Positions 12,412-23,960 of a stretch of DNA of 64,000 nucleotides are shown here, piece by piece. The DNA lies in NCBI RefSeq assembly GCF_006345805.1, contig NC_043011.1, positions 31,570,464 through 31,634,463 of the forward strand. The letters run 5' to 3'. The first letter of the stretch is position 1, and the number at the start of each line of letters is the position of its first letter. The position numbers and the translations under genes were made by a program. This DNA is from Octopus sinensis. Taxonomy: Eukaryota. The notes beneath the pieces were generated by a model. That model had not been told where the DNA came from. It ran no database searches and worked only from the letters and a program-made list of their open reading frames with translations.

Positions 12412-12892
12412 TCTCATCTCCAGATAATAAGCCCCGTCATTTTCCATAACAGCATATCAACTTCGGAGAATTCTTGATTCTTGAGATTATCTTGCTGATG
12501 TATTTCGCTGCTAATTGATCGATCGATATCCTACGTACTAGAAGTTAGCTCGATCAAAGTTGATCAGGGATTGTATAACAACAAAAACTACAAATCGTTC
12601 TAGATCCTTATTCTTTTCTGTCGCTTATAACTCCATCATGTTCACTTCATGTATATACGTACTTACATATATATATATAAAATGTGAAAAAGTATTGTTA
12701 CGGACGCAAGGAAAATGTAAACGAACAAAAAAAAACATTATGCCACTTGTTCCATTAATTGGAATCGAACCGGCGCTCCAGTTGTTCAGGAGAATGGTAT
12801 TTCCTTTGTCCTGTCAAAGAGCACGATTATTAATGGCCGTAGGTAGTGATCTATGGCTCCACACGGTCACGGAAATTTAAAAAAAATAAAAA

Positions 12893-13864
12893 TGTTGGGA
12901 AGGGATCTACACACTGCTGTCATCGATATCTCTCTTCTTCTAGCTGCTGGCCGTTATAAATACGGCTAGCATTAAGTTAGAGGGTCAGTCGGCGAGAGTC
13001 AGTCAGTGAGAGGAAAGACAGACGGTCAGTGTGAGCGGAGACCGGGACCAGGGAGTGAGTTAGAGATGATGGCGGACAGAGACAGGAAGCGTGGCAGCCA
13101 AGATGGCAGTCGCAGACTGACAGAGAGAGAGATGACAACGAGCGGCCAGGCAAGTTGTTATAGTGGGAGTTTGTGAAGTTAAAAATTGTTGCGGGCGCGA
13201 ATTTAAGAAACAAATGTTCTGGTAATGTTGTTTTTCTGTATGTTTTGAATTTTAATGTTTAAATGTAAATGTCTAAAAAAAAGAAGAGAAGAGACGATGT
13301 GTTGTTGAAATGAAAAAATGAGAGAGGCTCTGACGTAACCGTTGAAAAAATGAGCGTGTTGTTGGCTGTTTTTAAAAGAAAAGAAAAGTAAGAAAACAAA
13401 AAGAACTTGGAAATGTTTTTAAAAGCAGAAGGAACTTTTTGGGAACTGTCGTGTTAAAAAAAAAAACAGAGGAAAGTGGAGCTCTAAGAGACTGTTGATT
13501 GTGAACTTTGTGTTAAATGTAAAATGATTTATCTTGAAAAAGACCGAACTGTATTGTGTCAAATGTTAAATGATTTGTTTTTCGAACTTTGTATTATGTT
13601 TAAATGCAAATGATTTGTTCTTCGAACTCTGTACATGATTTGTTAACCCTTGTTGTGAATGCTTTGGTTTTGTTATAAAAAAAAATTGTTCGAATTCCGC
13701 AATTCCGCCTGTCTCTTCTTTTGTTGTCGTTGTGTTGGTTCCTGGCTGCGTTCGCCGCCTTCCCCCGCTTCCCGTTGTGGATTTCCGGTTTACTGAGTAT
13801 CCTCGTCGCGACTTAGGGCCCGTGGTGGAATCGGAAGGCCTTGGGCCCGAGTGGCGGCGTTACA
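12893..13864 (+). mobile_element. Solo-LTR-like segment
   Basis: Begins TGTTGG and ends GGCGTTACA, with TATA-like ttataaata near 12955 followed by an AG-rich agtcagtc tract. Non-coding and ~970 bp. No target-site duplication. Confidence 0.45.
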
Positions 13865-14559
13865 GTATGATTATTTAGTGGATATTGAGTTTTGTATTAA
13901 TAAATCACCTTTGATTTTTTTGTGAAAATTCCGGCGACGAGGATTGACTCTGGATTTCTCAGTATGAATTTAGAGGGTTTAGATTTGAGATTATTATCCC
14001 TTTATTTCCCATCGTAGATGGGCTGATTTTGTATCTTATAATGGGCGTTATGTCCGTCTTTTTGTCTGTTCCCTCTCCACGGCCAGACGGCTGGACCAGT
14101 GGTTACGATATTTTTCAGGATTACAAAGACGGTCGTCAGGAAGGTTTCTAGCAATAAAAAAAATCAGAAAGTATGATTATTTCGTGGATATCGATTTTTG
14201 AATTGATAAACCATCTTCGCATTTTTATTAAAAATTCACCGACCACGAGTAACTCTGGATTTTCATCAATATGATGGTTCGTGACCCCATTGTGTATACG
14301 AAGGGAGTCGCGAGGACGGTTAATAGCGAAAATAAAATGTAAAAAATGTGTGCCAGTATATAGTGTGTGTGATTATTTAGTGGTTTTTGAAGTGTGCCAG
14401 TCTCGAGCAGGATTCGAAACGGTTAGTCGAAGCGGCTGTTGTTTACATCTCAGTTTTGTCAATCAAAATAACCCATGGTACCAGAACATCCAGACATTAT
14501 ACGCATAGAACAGCGAGAGATAAGTCTTAGTTTGGTTTTTTGCAACCCTAAAGATTGCG

Positions 14560-14700
14560 CTCGGTCATTCATAGCAAACAAGGCACAAGGTCACACTTTA
14601 GATCATGTAGATGCATTTTACCTACTCCGATGTTTACACATAGCCAGTTATATGTCGCTATGAGTAGAGCAACGGACTCCAGTAATTTGAAAATTAATGA
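14560..14700 (+). pseudogene. Helitron helicase C-terminal relic (motifs V-VI)
   Basis: Two overlapping frames give NKAQGHTLDHV and LPTPMFTHSQLYVAMSRATDSSNLKI, matching TINKSQGQTL..VG..L..PVFSHGQLYVALSR. Confidence 0.75.
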
Positions 14701-15168
14701 CGACCAACAGAAAATATCGTATACAAAGAAGTTTTGTGGTCATATTGATATTATCGAAAGAAATATGATTCATAATTGAATTAAGGAAATTTGTGAACCT
14801 TGAATGTCTATGAGTATAAATAAGTGTAAAATAGTGTAAACAGCTAAAATAAAAGTATATCTAAATAACATTTTTTTCTTAATACTTTTTATGTAGTGGT
14901 CGAAGCAAGCTCTGGCTTTCGTTAGGAGTGGTCCACATAAACATTCATGATACAAAGGTTGGGAGCCTATTTCAGTTCGGGAGTGAATCGTCATCATATG
15001 TCACTTAGTGGCAAACACATGTCATATAGCTGCAATAGAATGCTGTATCACCAACGATAATGTGATTTCTCTAAGACATTACCCAATAATCTATCAAGTC
15101 CATTTACACATTTCTCAATACATACTGCTGTTAAGGCTTCCCTCCACATCGTAGATGGGTAAATTTGC

Positions 15169-15210
<42 letters not shown>

Positions 15211-15217
15211 CAACAAC

Positions 15218-15755
15218 CAAACGGGTGGAGCCTCCTCATGAAAAGAAACGAGTGGAACCTCCTCCCTCCCCCTCATGAGCTGATTAATGATACATCTAAT
15301 GATGGCGTCACAATAAAAACACTGGTAATTGCGCAACCTGATAATCGCTACCTAATATGAGTGACAATGAAAAAATAAAATATTGTGGATAACGGTGGTA
15401 ATGAAACTGAAGCCAATGATGGTGACAGTGTTACATCCGGTAGGCTCAGAGATTCTGGTCCGGCTCCAGCCTGTAGATATCCAGTAAGTGACCACCACAT
15501 ACGGCGTAGATGGAGCAAGTAAATTAATGCTGTGATCATGGAGTGTTACTATCTGAGCAGCCCGGTAGATGAAAATGGTACGTGGAACAAATAGGGGCTG
15601 CAATAAGGGTGGAGCACTTGCAGAAAACAGCACTGCTTGGAACCGCTCGAATACTCCGGAAGGTGCTCAAAAAATAAAAGATGTTACCTTAGTTCACTGG
15701 TAGTGAACAGCTGACACTGTAGCACATCTCCAGCGTTTAGAAGCTGTACAAAGGC
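15218..15755 (+). mobile_element. Internally deleted R4/Dong-type non-LTR element (5' part joined to 3' end)
   Basis: The 5' part encodes RRRWSK*INAVIMECYYLSSPVDENG and joins at ~15578 to YVEQIGAAIRVEHLQKTALLGTARILRKVL plus a 3' UTR matching 19306-19485. Flanked by (AAT)n. Confidence 0.6.
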
Positions 15756-15770
15756 AATAATAATGATAAT

Positions 15771-15981
15771 CCTTTCTACTGTAGGCACAAGGCTTAAAAT
15801 TTGGGAGAAGGGATTAAGTCGACAACATCGACTCCAGAGCGTAACTGGTATTTATTTAATCGACCCCGAAAGGATGAAAGGCAAAGTTGAGCTCGACGGA
15901 ATTTGAACTCAGAACGTAAGGATGGGCGAAATACTGCTAAGCATTTCGTCCAGTAAGCTAAAGATTCTGCCAGTTCACCGC
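15771..15981 (-). mobile_element. Family A SINE
   Basis: Reverse complement of the family A head and core (cgaccccgaaaggatgaaaggcaaag). Confidence 0.85.
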
Positions 15982-15987
15982 ATCAAT

Positions 15988-16060
<73 letters not shown>

Positions 16061-16061
<1 letters not shown>

Positions 16062-16265
16062 TTTTGCCACAAGGACAACTTGGAGGAGGTGGGGATGAGT
16101 CGATTACATTGACCCCCAGTGTTCAACTGGTACTTATTTTATCGAGCCCGAAAGGATGAAAGGTAAAGTCGACCTCGGCGGAATTTGAACTCAGAACGTA
16201 GCGACAGACGAAATACTGCTAAGCATTTCGTCCAGCATGCTAACGATTCTGCCAGCTCACCGCCT
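16061..16265 (-). mobile_element. Family A SINE
   Basis: Same family core, with CpGs retained. Confidence 0.85.
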
Positions 16266-17189
16266 TAAGGTGACACTTGTTTACTGGTCATGCTTCAAGA
16301 ACCCTGCGAAGAATTCTTGCAGTTCCAAGCAATGCTGATTTTTGTAGGTGTTCGACTTTCACACTTTCACCAGTCTTATTTTTAACCATGTTGGAAGTTG
16401 AGTACTGATACTTCCAAGTGCACCAATTACTATTGGTATCACGTCTACTCTCTTCATTGACCACAATCTTCGTCCTTCCCACTTCAAATCGTCATAGTTG
16501 TTTATTTTTTTCTTCATCTTTCACATTGATTCTGTTGTCACCATGGCATGCTATGTCGATTGTCATACATGTGCTGTCTTTTTTATTCACCACAACAACG
16601 TCCGGTTTCCGATGTCTGGTCGGGTGATCGCACTGGATCATTGCATCCCACAGGATTTTGCAATTCTCATTTTCGGTGACTCATTCTGGAGTTTTCTCAT
16701 TCCACGTCTTCGCCCTTTGTAGGCCATGATTTCCACAGAGCTCCCAGTGGATCATTTTTACCACATTGTCATGGAGTCTTTTATATTCGCGTTGTACCAA
16801 TTTCGGGCATTCGCTAACGATGTGCCATACTGTTTCACCCTTCTCACCACACATTCTGCATTTGTCACTGTCGGTAGTGTTGTCTATTCTGCACTTCATA
16901 TAATTGGTCCTTAACGCTTGTTCTTGAGCTGTGCATATGAATGCTTCTGTCTCTATCTTCAGGTCACTCCTCATACATAGCCACCGGTCTCCAGTATCTG
17001 TCTTCGCATTCACATTTCTTGCAAACAGACCGGACATTTTCTTTTCCTTCCATGCTTTTTTCTTATATTGTATTAATTTCTTGTTTAAATTTTTCTTTCA
17101 TTATACAATTTTCAGCTTTCATGACGCCAACCTTCTTTGTGTGTTTCCATAGTGACTCCACGGTATTTTTATATACCACCCTAAGCTGT

Positions 17190-17190
<1 letters not shown>
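16266..17190 (-). pseudogene. 5'-truncated R4/Dong-type (restriction-like endonuclease) LINE, C-terminal region
   Basis: ETEAFICTAQEQALRTNY, CCHC knuckle CRMCGEKGETVWHIVSECP, RLHDNVVKMIHWELC, KILWD, RKPDVVVV..IDIAC (PD-(D/E)xK nuclease) and LQKSALLGTARILRRVLEA. Confidence 0.85.
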
Positions 17191-17268
<78 letters not shown>

Positions 17269-17292
17269 CATCATCATCATCATCATCATCAT

Positions 17293-17850
17293 TGAGTGAG
17301 AGAGCAGTGCATGCCATCAAAGTGACACTGGGATAAAATATACGAAGCCCAGTATACCCATCAAGACAACCCGTTTGATAAGGGTACACCAGGCACATGC
17401 ATCACAACCATATATGCGCGACATGATGATCTCATATCAAGACAAACAGCATATGACCTTGCAGGTGGGGCCCAGGTAGAATTTTCTTCTGGTCGAGTAG
17501 CCCATCCCGCTCAAAAGGTTCCTGAATAAGGTTTGTTTAAGGATGTTGAACGAAACACCCATGTTTCCAGAGGTGAATTATTCAAACTCCAAAGAATCCC
17601 TCTCAACACATGGCTATGATGCTCCCCCACTATTTCTTCTTGTGATCAGAGATGCACATATCGTCAGTCAATAAGGGACATGCTCAACTGGTTATGGTCA
17701 AACAACTGACAAGCAAATCTGTGGTATTGAGCAGAATATTTGCTGTAGCCCATCTTTTATACCAAGACAAAACAATGTACATGATAACACTTCCAATCAG
17801 TTAAGATCAGAAGCCATGGGAGCCACTGCCAGGTACTGCATCAGGGCATT
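17293..17850 (-). mobile_element. Unclassified ~560-bp interspersed repeat flanked by trinucleotide microsatellites
   Basis: A homologous partial copy lies in the opposite orientation at 20372-20555, and both abut (ATT/ATC)n. No tRNA head or coding capacity was recognised. Orientation is tentative. Confidence 0.55.
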
Positions 17851-17892
17851 TATTATTATTGTTATTATTGTTGCTGTTGTTGTTGTTATTGC

Positions 17893-17928
<36 letters not shown>

Positions 17929-18078
17929 CATTGTTGTTGTTATTGTTGTTATTGTTGTTGTCGTCGTCGTCGTTATTGTTATTGTTGTTGTTGTTGTTAT
18001 TTACTTTTAATCAGCATGTTTGTTACAATCACTCGCCGAGGCACATCCAGCGTCCTAATTATCATCATTATTATTACT

Positions 18079-18174
<96 letters not shown>

Positions 18175-18220
18175 GTAGTAGTAGTAGTAGTATAGTAGTA
18201 GTAGTAGTAGTAGTAGTAGA

Positions 18221-18432
18221 GCGGCAAATTTGCAGAATAGCTAGCACGCCGGGCAAAAGGTTTAGCTGCATTTCGTCCCTCTTTATGTTCTGAGTTTAAA
18301 TTCCGCCGCGGTTGACTTTGCCTTTTATACTTTCGGTGTCGATAAAATATGTACCAGTTCACCACTGGGGTTGATGTGATCGATTTCTGCACTCCTCCGA
18401 AATTTCTGGCCTTGTACCAAAATTTGAAACCA
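18221..18432 (+). mobile_element. Family A SINE
   Basis: gagtttaaattccgccgcggttgactttgcc...gtcgataaaatatgtaccag. Confidence 0.8.
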
Positions 18433-18454
18433 TTATTATTATTTTCTATCATTA

Positions 18455-19230
18455 TTTTTACTTTTACTCTGCGTATTTGGTACAGTCACTTGCCGAGACA
18501 CACCCTGCGTCCTGGGGCGTGTGAAGGATAAGAGATGTTCAAATATGACTGAAAGCTGCAGGAAGGGAGGTAGTGGAATATCTTCATGTGATGCAACGCA
18601 GACATTTAAAAGGGTAGGGTTTTTCTAAGGATGTGGGCAGTACTTGTGAGCATAATCTTTTGGATTTCTCTGAGACATGGTTCTCCTGAAATCTTATCTA
18701 GATGTTTCTGACATCCACCCTTTTTTTTTATCATACCAAGGGCACCTACAATAACAGGAACAGTTCTCATTTTAAGATGCCACATCTTTTGTATTTCACT
18801 TTCACTTAATTGTCAAATTCCTTGACATATATTTTTATCAGTGGAAGCACTTACATCTATTAGTCTACAAGTGTTTTCTTCCCTGTCTCTAATAATTATG
18901 TCTGGTCGATTAGCCTGGATCGTTCCGTCAGTGTTGACTGGAAAATTCCAGAGGATAGTGACATTTTTTACCTTCAACGACTGGCTCAGGATGATGTTCG
19001 TACCAGTAATTAGGAGCGCTGATTTTGTAGTGTTTACATATTTTCCTATGTAAATACTGTCCAACCTTACCATGGCGATTTTTATATTCGTTTGGTGTCA
19101 GCACAGGACATCCAGAGAACGTTAGCCTGGTAGAATTTGTGAGCAAGCTTTGGTCTTGTACCGCCAATATGAAACCTTCAGTCTCTGCTTTCAGTCTTGA
19201 ACTTTTCAGACACTGGTTGCTTGATTTTTT
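18455..19230 (-). pseudogene. R4/Dong-type LINE 3' fragment, second subfamily
   Basis: AVQDQSLLT, SGCPVLTPNEYKNRHGKVGQYLH, TILWNFPVNTDGTIQANRPDIIIRD..LIDVS. Frameshifted. Confidence 0.8.
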
Positions 19231-19305
19231 ACTATCATCATCATCATCATCATCGTCATCATCATCATCATCATCGTCATCGTCGTCGTCGTCGTCGTTG
19301 TTGTT

Positions 19306-19702
19306 GCCTTTGCACAGCTTCTAACGCTGGAGATGTACTACAGTGTCAGCTGTTCACTTCCAGTGAACTAAGGTAACACCTCTTATTTTTCGAGCACCTT
19401 CCGGAGAATTCGAACGGTTCCAAGCAGTGCTGTTTTCTGCAAGTGCTCCACCCTTATTGCAGCCCCAATTTGTTCCACGTACTTCTCGAGATTTTTGCTC
19501 ACTGTTTCCAGGGCGCCAACAATTATTGGTACTACTGCTACCTTTTTCATCGACCACAACTGCTTAACTTCCCAAGCTAACCTGTCATATCTCTCGACTT
19601 TTCTTTCTTCCTTGAGCAGACCTTGTTGTCAACTGGGCATGCTATGTTTCTTTCTCAATTAAGACTATGTCCGGCTTCCTATTCTCAATCTCATGGTCGC
19701 AC
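19306..19702 (-). pseudogene. R4/Dong-type LINE 3' end
   Basis: Minus strand encodes IENRKPDIVL, WEVKQLWSMKKVAVVPIIVGAL and HLQKTALLGTVRILRKVLE. The 3' end runs into (AAC)(GAC)(GAT)n. Confidence 0.8.
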
Positions 19703-20371
19703 TATTATTATTTTGTGGAAGCTGTTCTGCTTCCGTCGTAGAATGGAATCAGTGTGAAGGGAAATTCTATTAAAACGCATAGAGTTGTAAATCTTTGAGG
19801 CTAGATGTAGCGAGGCAGACTAAGATCACTTTACTTCAGTGCGGAATAACATCCCTTGAGAATGCCACAGCTAAAGTTAATCTGTTTCCCAATGTAAAGA
19901 AAGCTGACCTGACCATCGAAGAGCATGCAAGTTACTTGCCAATTTGTTCCAATGATGGCACTAAATTCAATGTTGTCAATGATTTCAAGTTAAGGTAGCG
20001 ACAGAAAAACTTCCCATTGGTGTGACGCCTATGAAGTTAGGCATGTAGAAATGGTGTCTTCATGTAGCTTATGTTTAATTTCTTTCTCTCTTTTTTTTAA
20101 AGTCACTGTCATGGTTCGATCTAGTGTACAGTGCTTCTTGGCTATTGATATATATATATATTATCAAGGATGGTGTATCTGAGGGTTTTTTGGATCGCAC
20201 TATGTACATTGGTTCATATGCTACTGTCTGAAAGAAAAACTTTCTGTCATGCAACGGATAATAAACCTGGAGTGCTTGTGACAAACTTCAAAACAAATGG
20301 CAATCAAGTACTTCGAAGTCAACAAGGCCAGCTTTCTGAACGATGGGCATAGAGAACACTCTTTCCCATTG

Positions 20372-20555
20372 AAAATTCTAAACTGGGCCCCACCTGCAAT
20401 GTTATGCGCTTTTTATTTTGATATGAGATCACCATGTCGCGCACATTGTTTTAATGCACATCCCTGATGTACCCTTATCAGACCGGTAATCATGACGGGT
20501 ATATTGGGTTTCGTATAGTTGTACCCCAGCGCCACTTTGAAGGTGTGTGCTGCTC
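20372..20555 (+). mobile_element. Partial copy of the ~560-bp unclassified repeat
   Basis: gggccccacctgc...gatatgagatcaccatgtcgcg...gtacccttatca...ctgctctcttactca matches 17293-17480 inverted. Confidence 0.6.
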
Positions 20556-20575
20556 TCTTACTCAATTGTAATAAC

Positions 20576-20652
<77 letters not shown>

Positions 20653-21168
20653 AAATAACAATAAGAGACATGAAAATGAAGACCTACCGATGTTAATGTA
20701 GTACGGAAATTCCTGACTCGGAATGGTAAAGCGCATCTTGGTTGCGGCCGCTGAACCAGTCACGTAGCTAATAGGCAAGCAAGGGGAGCGACTGTTCCTC
20801 ATGAGTACGTTTCGAGTACGTTTTACGAAATTGGCGCCTTTTCAACAATTTTTTAAACTCCTTAGTTACCTATATCAGTAATTGTAGGTTTCGTACATAA
20901 TGACACTGTAACGGAAACATGAAATTAATGAATGTAGGATACAAGTACGTATGAAATATTTCGCGCAATATAAGAGAAATGATTTTAAAATTGTTTGGTA
21001 TGAGCCACGGCACCTTCTTTATGCGCTCGTTCTCCCTAGCACTGGAACCTGGCTACGACTCTGCACTGAACAGAAATGAAATACTTAATGAAAAATGTAA
21101 TCTATACGTACATAAAACGATTTATTTCGATTTGATTACTGAAATGCTAAATGAGCAATTCAAGATAT

Positions 21169-22183
21169 GGATCTCCATTTCACATTTGGCTCAGGGTTTA
21201 TTACCAGGTGATATGGGCCTACATTTCACATTTGGCCTAGGGTCTATCACCAGGTGATCTGGGCCTACATTTCACATTTGGCCCAAAGTTTATTACCAGG
21301 TGATATGGACCTACATTTCACATCTGATCTAGGGTTTATTACCAGGTGATATGGGTCTACATTTCCCATCTGGCCCAGGGTTTATTACCAGGCAATATGG
21401 GCGTACAATTCACATCTGGTCCAGGGTTTATTACCAGGTGATATGGGCCTACATTTCACATTTGGCCCAGGGTCCATTACCAGGTAATATGGGCCTACAC
21501 TTCACATCTGGCACAGGGTTTATTACCAGGTGATATTGGCCTACATTTCACATTTGGCCCAAGGTTTATTACTAGGTGATATGGGCCTACATTTCACATC
21601 TGGCCCAGGGTTTATTACCAGATAATATGGGCCTACATTTCACATCTGGCTCAGAGTTTATTACCAGGTGATATGGGTCTACATTTCATATCTGACCTAG
21701 GGCTTATTACCAGGTGATATGGGCCTACATTTCACATCTGGCCCAGTGTTTATTACCAGGTAATATAGGCGTACACTTCACATCTGGCACAGGGTTTATT
21801 ACCAGGTGATATGGGCCAACATTTCCCACCGGGTCCAGGGTTTATTACCAGGTAATATGGCCCTACATTTCACATCTGGCCCAGGGTTTATTACCAGGTA
21901 ATATGGGCGTACAATTCACATCGGGTCCAGGGTTTATTACCAGGTAATATGGGCCTACATTTCTCATCTGGCCCAGGGTTTATTACCAGGTAATATGGGC
22001 GTACAATTCACATCTGGACCAGGGTTTATTACCAGGTGATATGGGCCTACATTTCCCATCTGGCCCAGGGTTTATTACCAGGTATTATGGGCGTACACTT
22101 CACATCTGGCACAGGGTTTATTACCGGGTAATATGGGCCAAAATTTCCTATCTGGTCCAGGGTTTATTACCGGGTGATATGGG
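21169..22183. repeat. 46-bp minisatellite, ~22 copies
   Basis: Consensus gggtttattaccaggtgatatgggcctacatttcacatctggccca. The 46-bp period was checked at 21194, 21240 and 21286. Confidence 0.95.
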
Positions 22184-22593
22184 CAGCCTGGCCTGTATCT
22201 TTTCACAGGCTAGCTTATACTTCACCCTCTCTAGTCACGAAGTGAACGCAATGGATTAAAATCCTCAAGGCTGTTATAAATGCTAGGATTTGCACTCTCT
22301 GATGGTCTTTCCTGACAATACACATATACAACATAGCAAAAGTCAGCATCCCAAAGACTAACGTCCTTTTTCAGAGAAGGAAACACTTCGACTATATTTA
22401 GTTATTGGTTCTGTACGATAGAGTGCCACTGTTACACACACACACACACACATCCTAGTCCGTATCCAATAGAAGGCTATATAGTTGATTCATAAATATC
22501 AACTCACAACTTCCTTCCCACCGACATGCTGTCTTGCTCCTTGGGCTCTCAATCTGATGGAGTCAAAGGGGCCCATTCTTCTCCAAGCTTGAC

Positions 22594-22633
22594 GAGAAGA
22601 AGAAGAAGAAGAAGAAGAAGAAGAAGAAAGAAG

Positions 22634-22663
<30 letters not shown>
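22594..22663. repeat. (GAA)n tract
   Basis: Directly visible. Confidence 0.95.
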
Positions 22664-22664
<1 letters not shown>

Positions 22665-23228
22665 TCTCCGCCCTAATATTGATTTGGCTGGCTCTTTGTT
22701 CAGAGGCCCCGAAACTATGAAAGACGAACTAGACCGAACACTATTAGGCAGTTTATCTGATGTTGTAACGACCCACCCAATTTGTTGCCTTCCCCTCATT
22801 ACATCTTAATTCTGTCTCTTCTATCTTTATTACAACGGACTATGCTCTCCTGGACAAGCCATCCCAATCTGCCAAACCCAGCACTAACCGCTTTCCCCAA
22901 TCTTTTTAGCCCCCAGAGCTTCAATCCTCTAGATTCCCGCACCCGCTTCGCCGACATTTTCCTACTGATAGACCTTCATGTTCAAAGTGAACATCAGCCA
23001 TTTTGATCTTACCGCTCTCGTGGTACAAGTAGGTTATAGGCACTACCCAGCCTTTCTGACTAAGCCACTAAAAATACAGTTTTGCGTACTTAGTAACCAC
23101 AGTCTGGTTGAAACCACAAGGGATGCTCCAATACCTAGAAGTAAGAGATACAATGCGGATCAGTCAACCACATAATTGTATAAAAGTCTATATTATTTCG
23201 GACTACGTCAAGGTGAGTGGGTGGGTAG

Positions 23229-23420
23229 GGGGTCGAGCTGGAAGAATCGTTTGTACCCTGGACAAAATTCTTAGCAGCATTTCGTCTGTCTTTGCGTTCT
23301 GAGTTCAAATGCTGCCGAGGTAGATTTTGCTTTGATAAAATAAGTACCAATTGAGCCTTGGGTCGATGTAATCGACTGCTTCGTCCCTTCAAAGTAGATG
23401 TCCCCCAGCCAAAACGTAAA
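23229..23420 (+). mobile_element. Family A SINE
   Basis: gagctggaagaatcgtt...ctgagttcaaatgctgccgagg...gataaaataagtacc. Confidence 0.75.
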
Positions 23421-23429
23421 ATGAGTATA

Positions 23430-23960
23430 TCCAACGTTTGTTGAACGCCATGACGAAATCATTGAAGTAGTTTACCCACCATATTCCCAAAATTCTTAGA
23501 GGGTCACTGAGAACAAAAAACTTTATTGTAAATGACATCCAATGGAAGATCTTCAATATCAAGTGCTATAAAGCACATATCTAGATGAAAGAAAGTGTTG
23601 AACGTGTTGTCAAAAGCCGGTCCGCAGTTGACAGCCTTTTGCAAAAGCCTTTCATTCTTCCTTCACATTCTTTTCGCTTCTCAACCTTAGTCGGACGAGT
23701 TTGTAGTTTCCCAATCATCTGTCGCCTCTTGTTTAACATCAGCCCCTTCAACACTGTCATCAAAGCCAGGAGCTTCTGCGTAGTTGCCTGGCCTGTTAGA
23801 AATGGCAGTCAAATCTCCTTCTGTTCCTTAAGAAAAGAACATGTTGGCCAATGTTGTCTGGAGTACACTTCACTTGAAAACGGGTAGATCAGTCACGATT
23901 GAAATGCCTTTGAGCACATCTGATGGGTCAGGCCTGCCTGGGATTTAACAACTACTTTTT
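23430..23960 (-). pseudogene. CR1/L2-group LINE reverse-transcriptase relic
   Basis: Minus-strand fragments KSPGRPDPSDVLKG, KGFCKRLSTADRL and DMCFIALDIED resemble KAPGPDG, QYGFRK.RSTAD.L and IALDISKAFD. Many stops. Confidence 0.55.

Noticed and set aside
21169-22183. Hairpin-containing regular repeat as a CRISPR array
   Set aside because: The sequence between hairpins is itself repeated (no unique spacers), there are no cas genes, and the context is eukaryotic.
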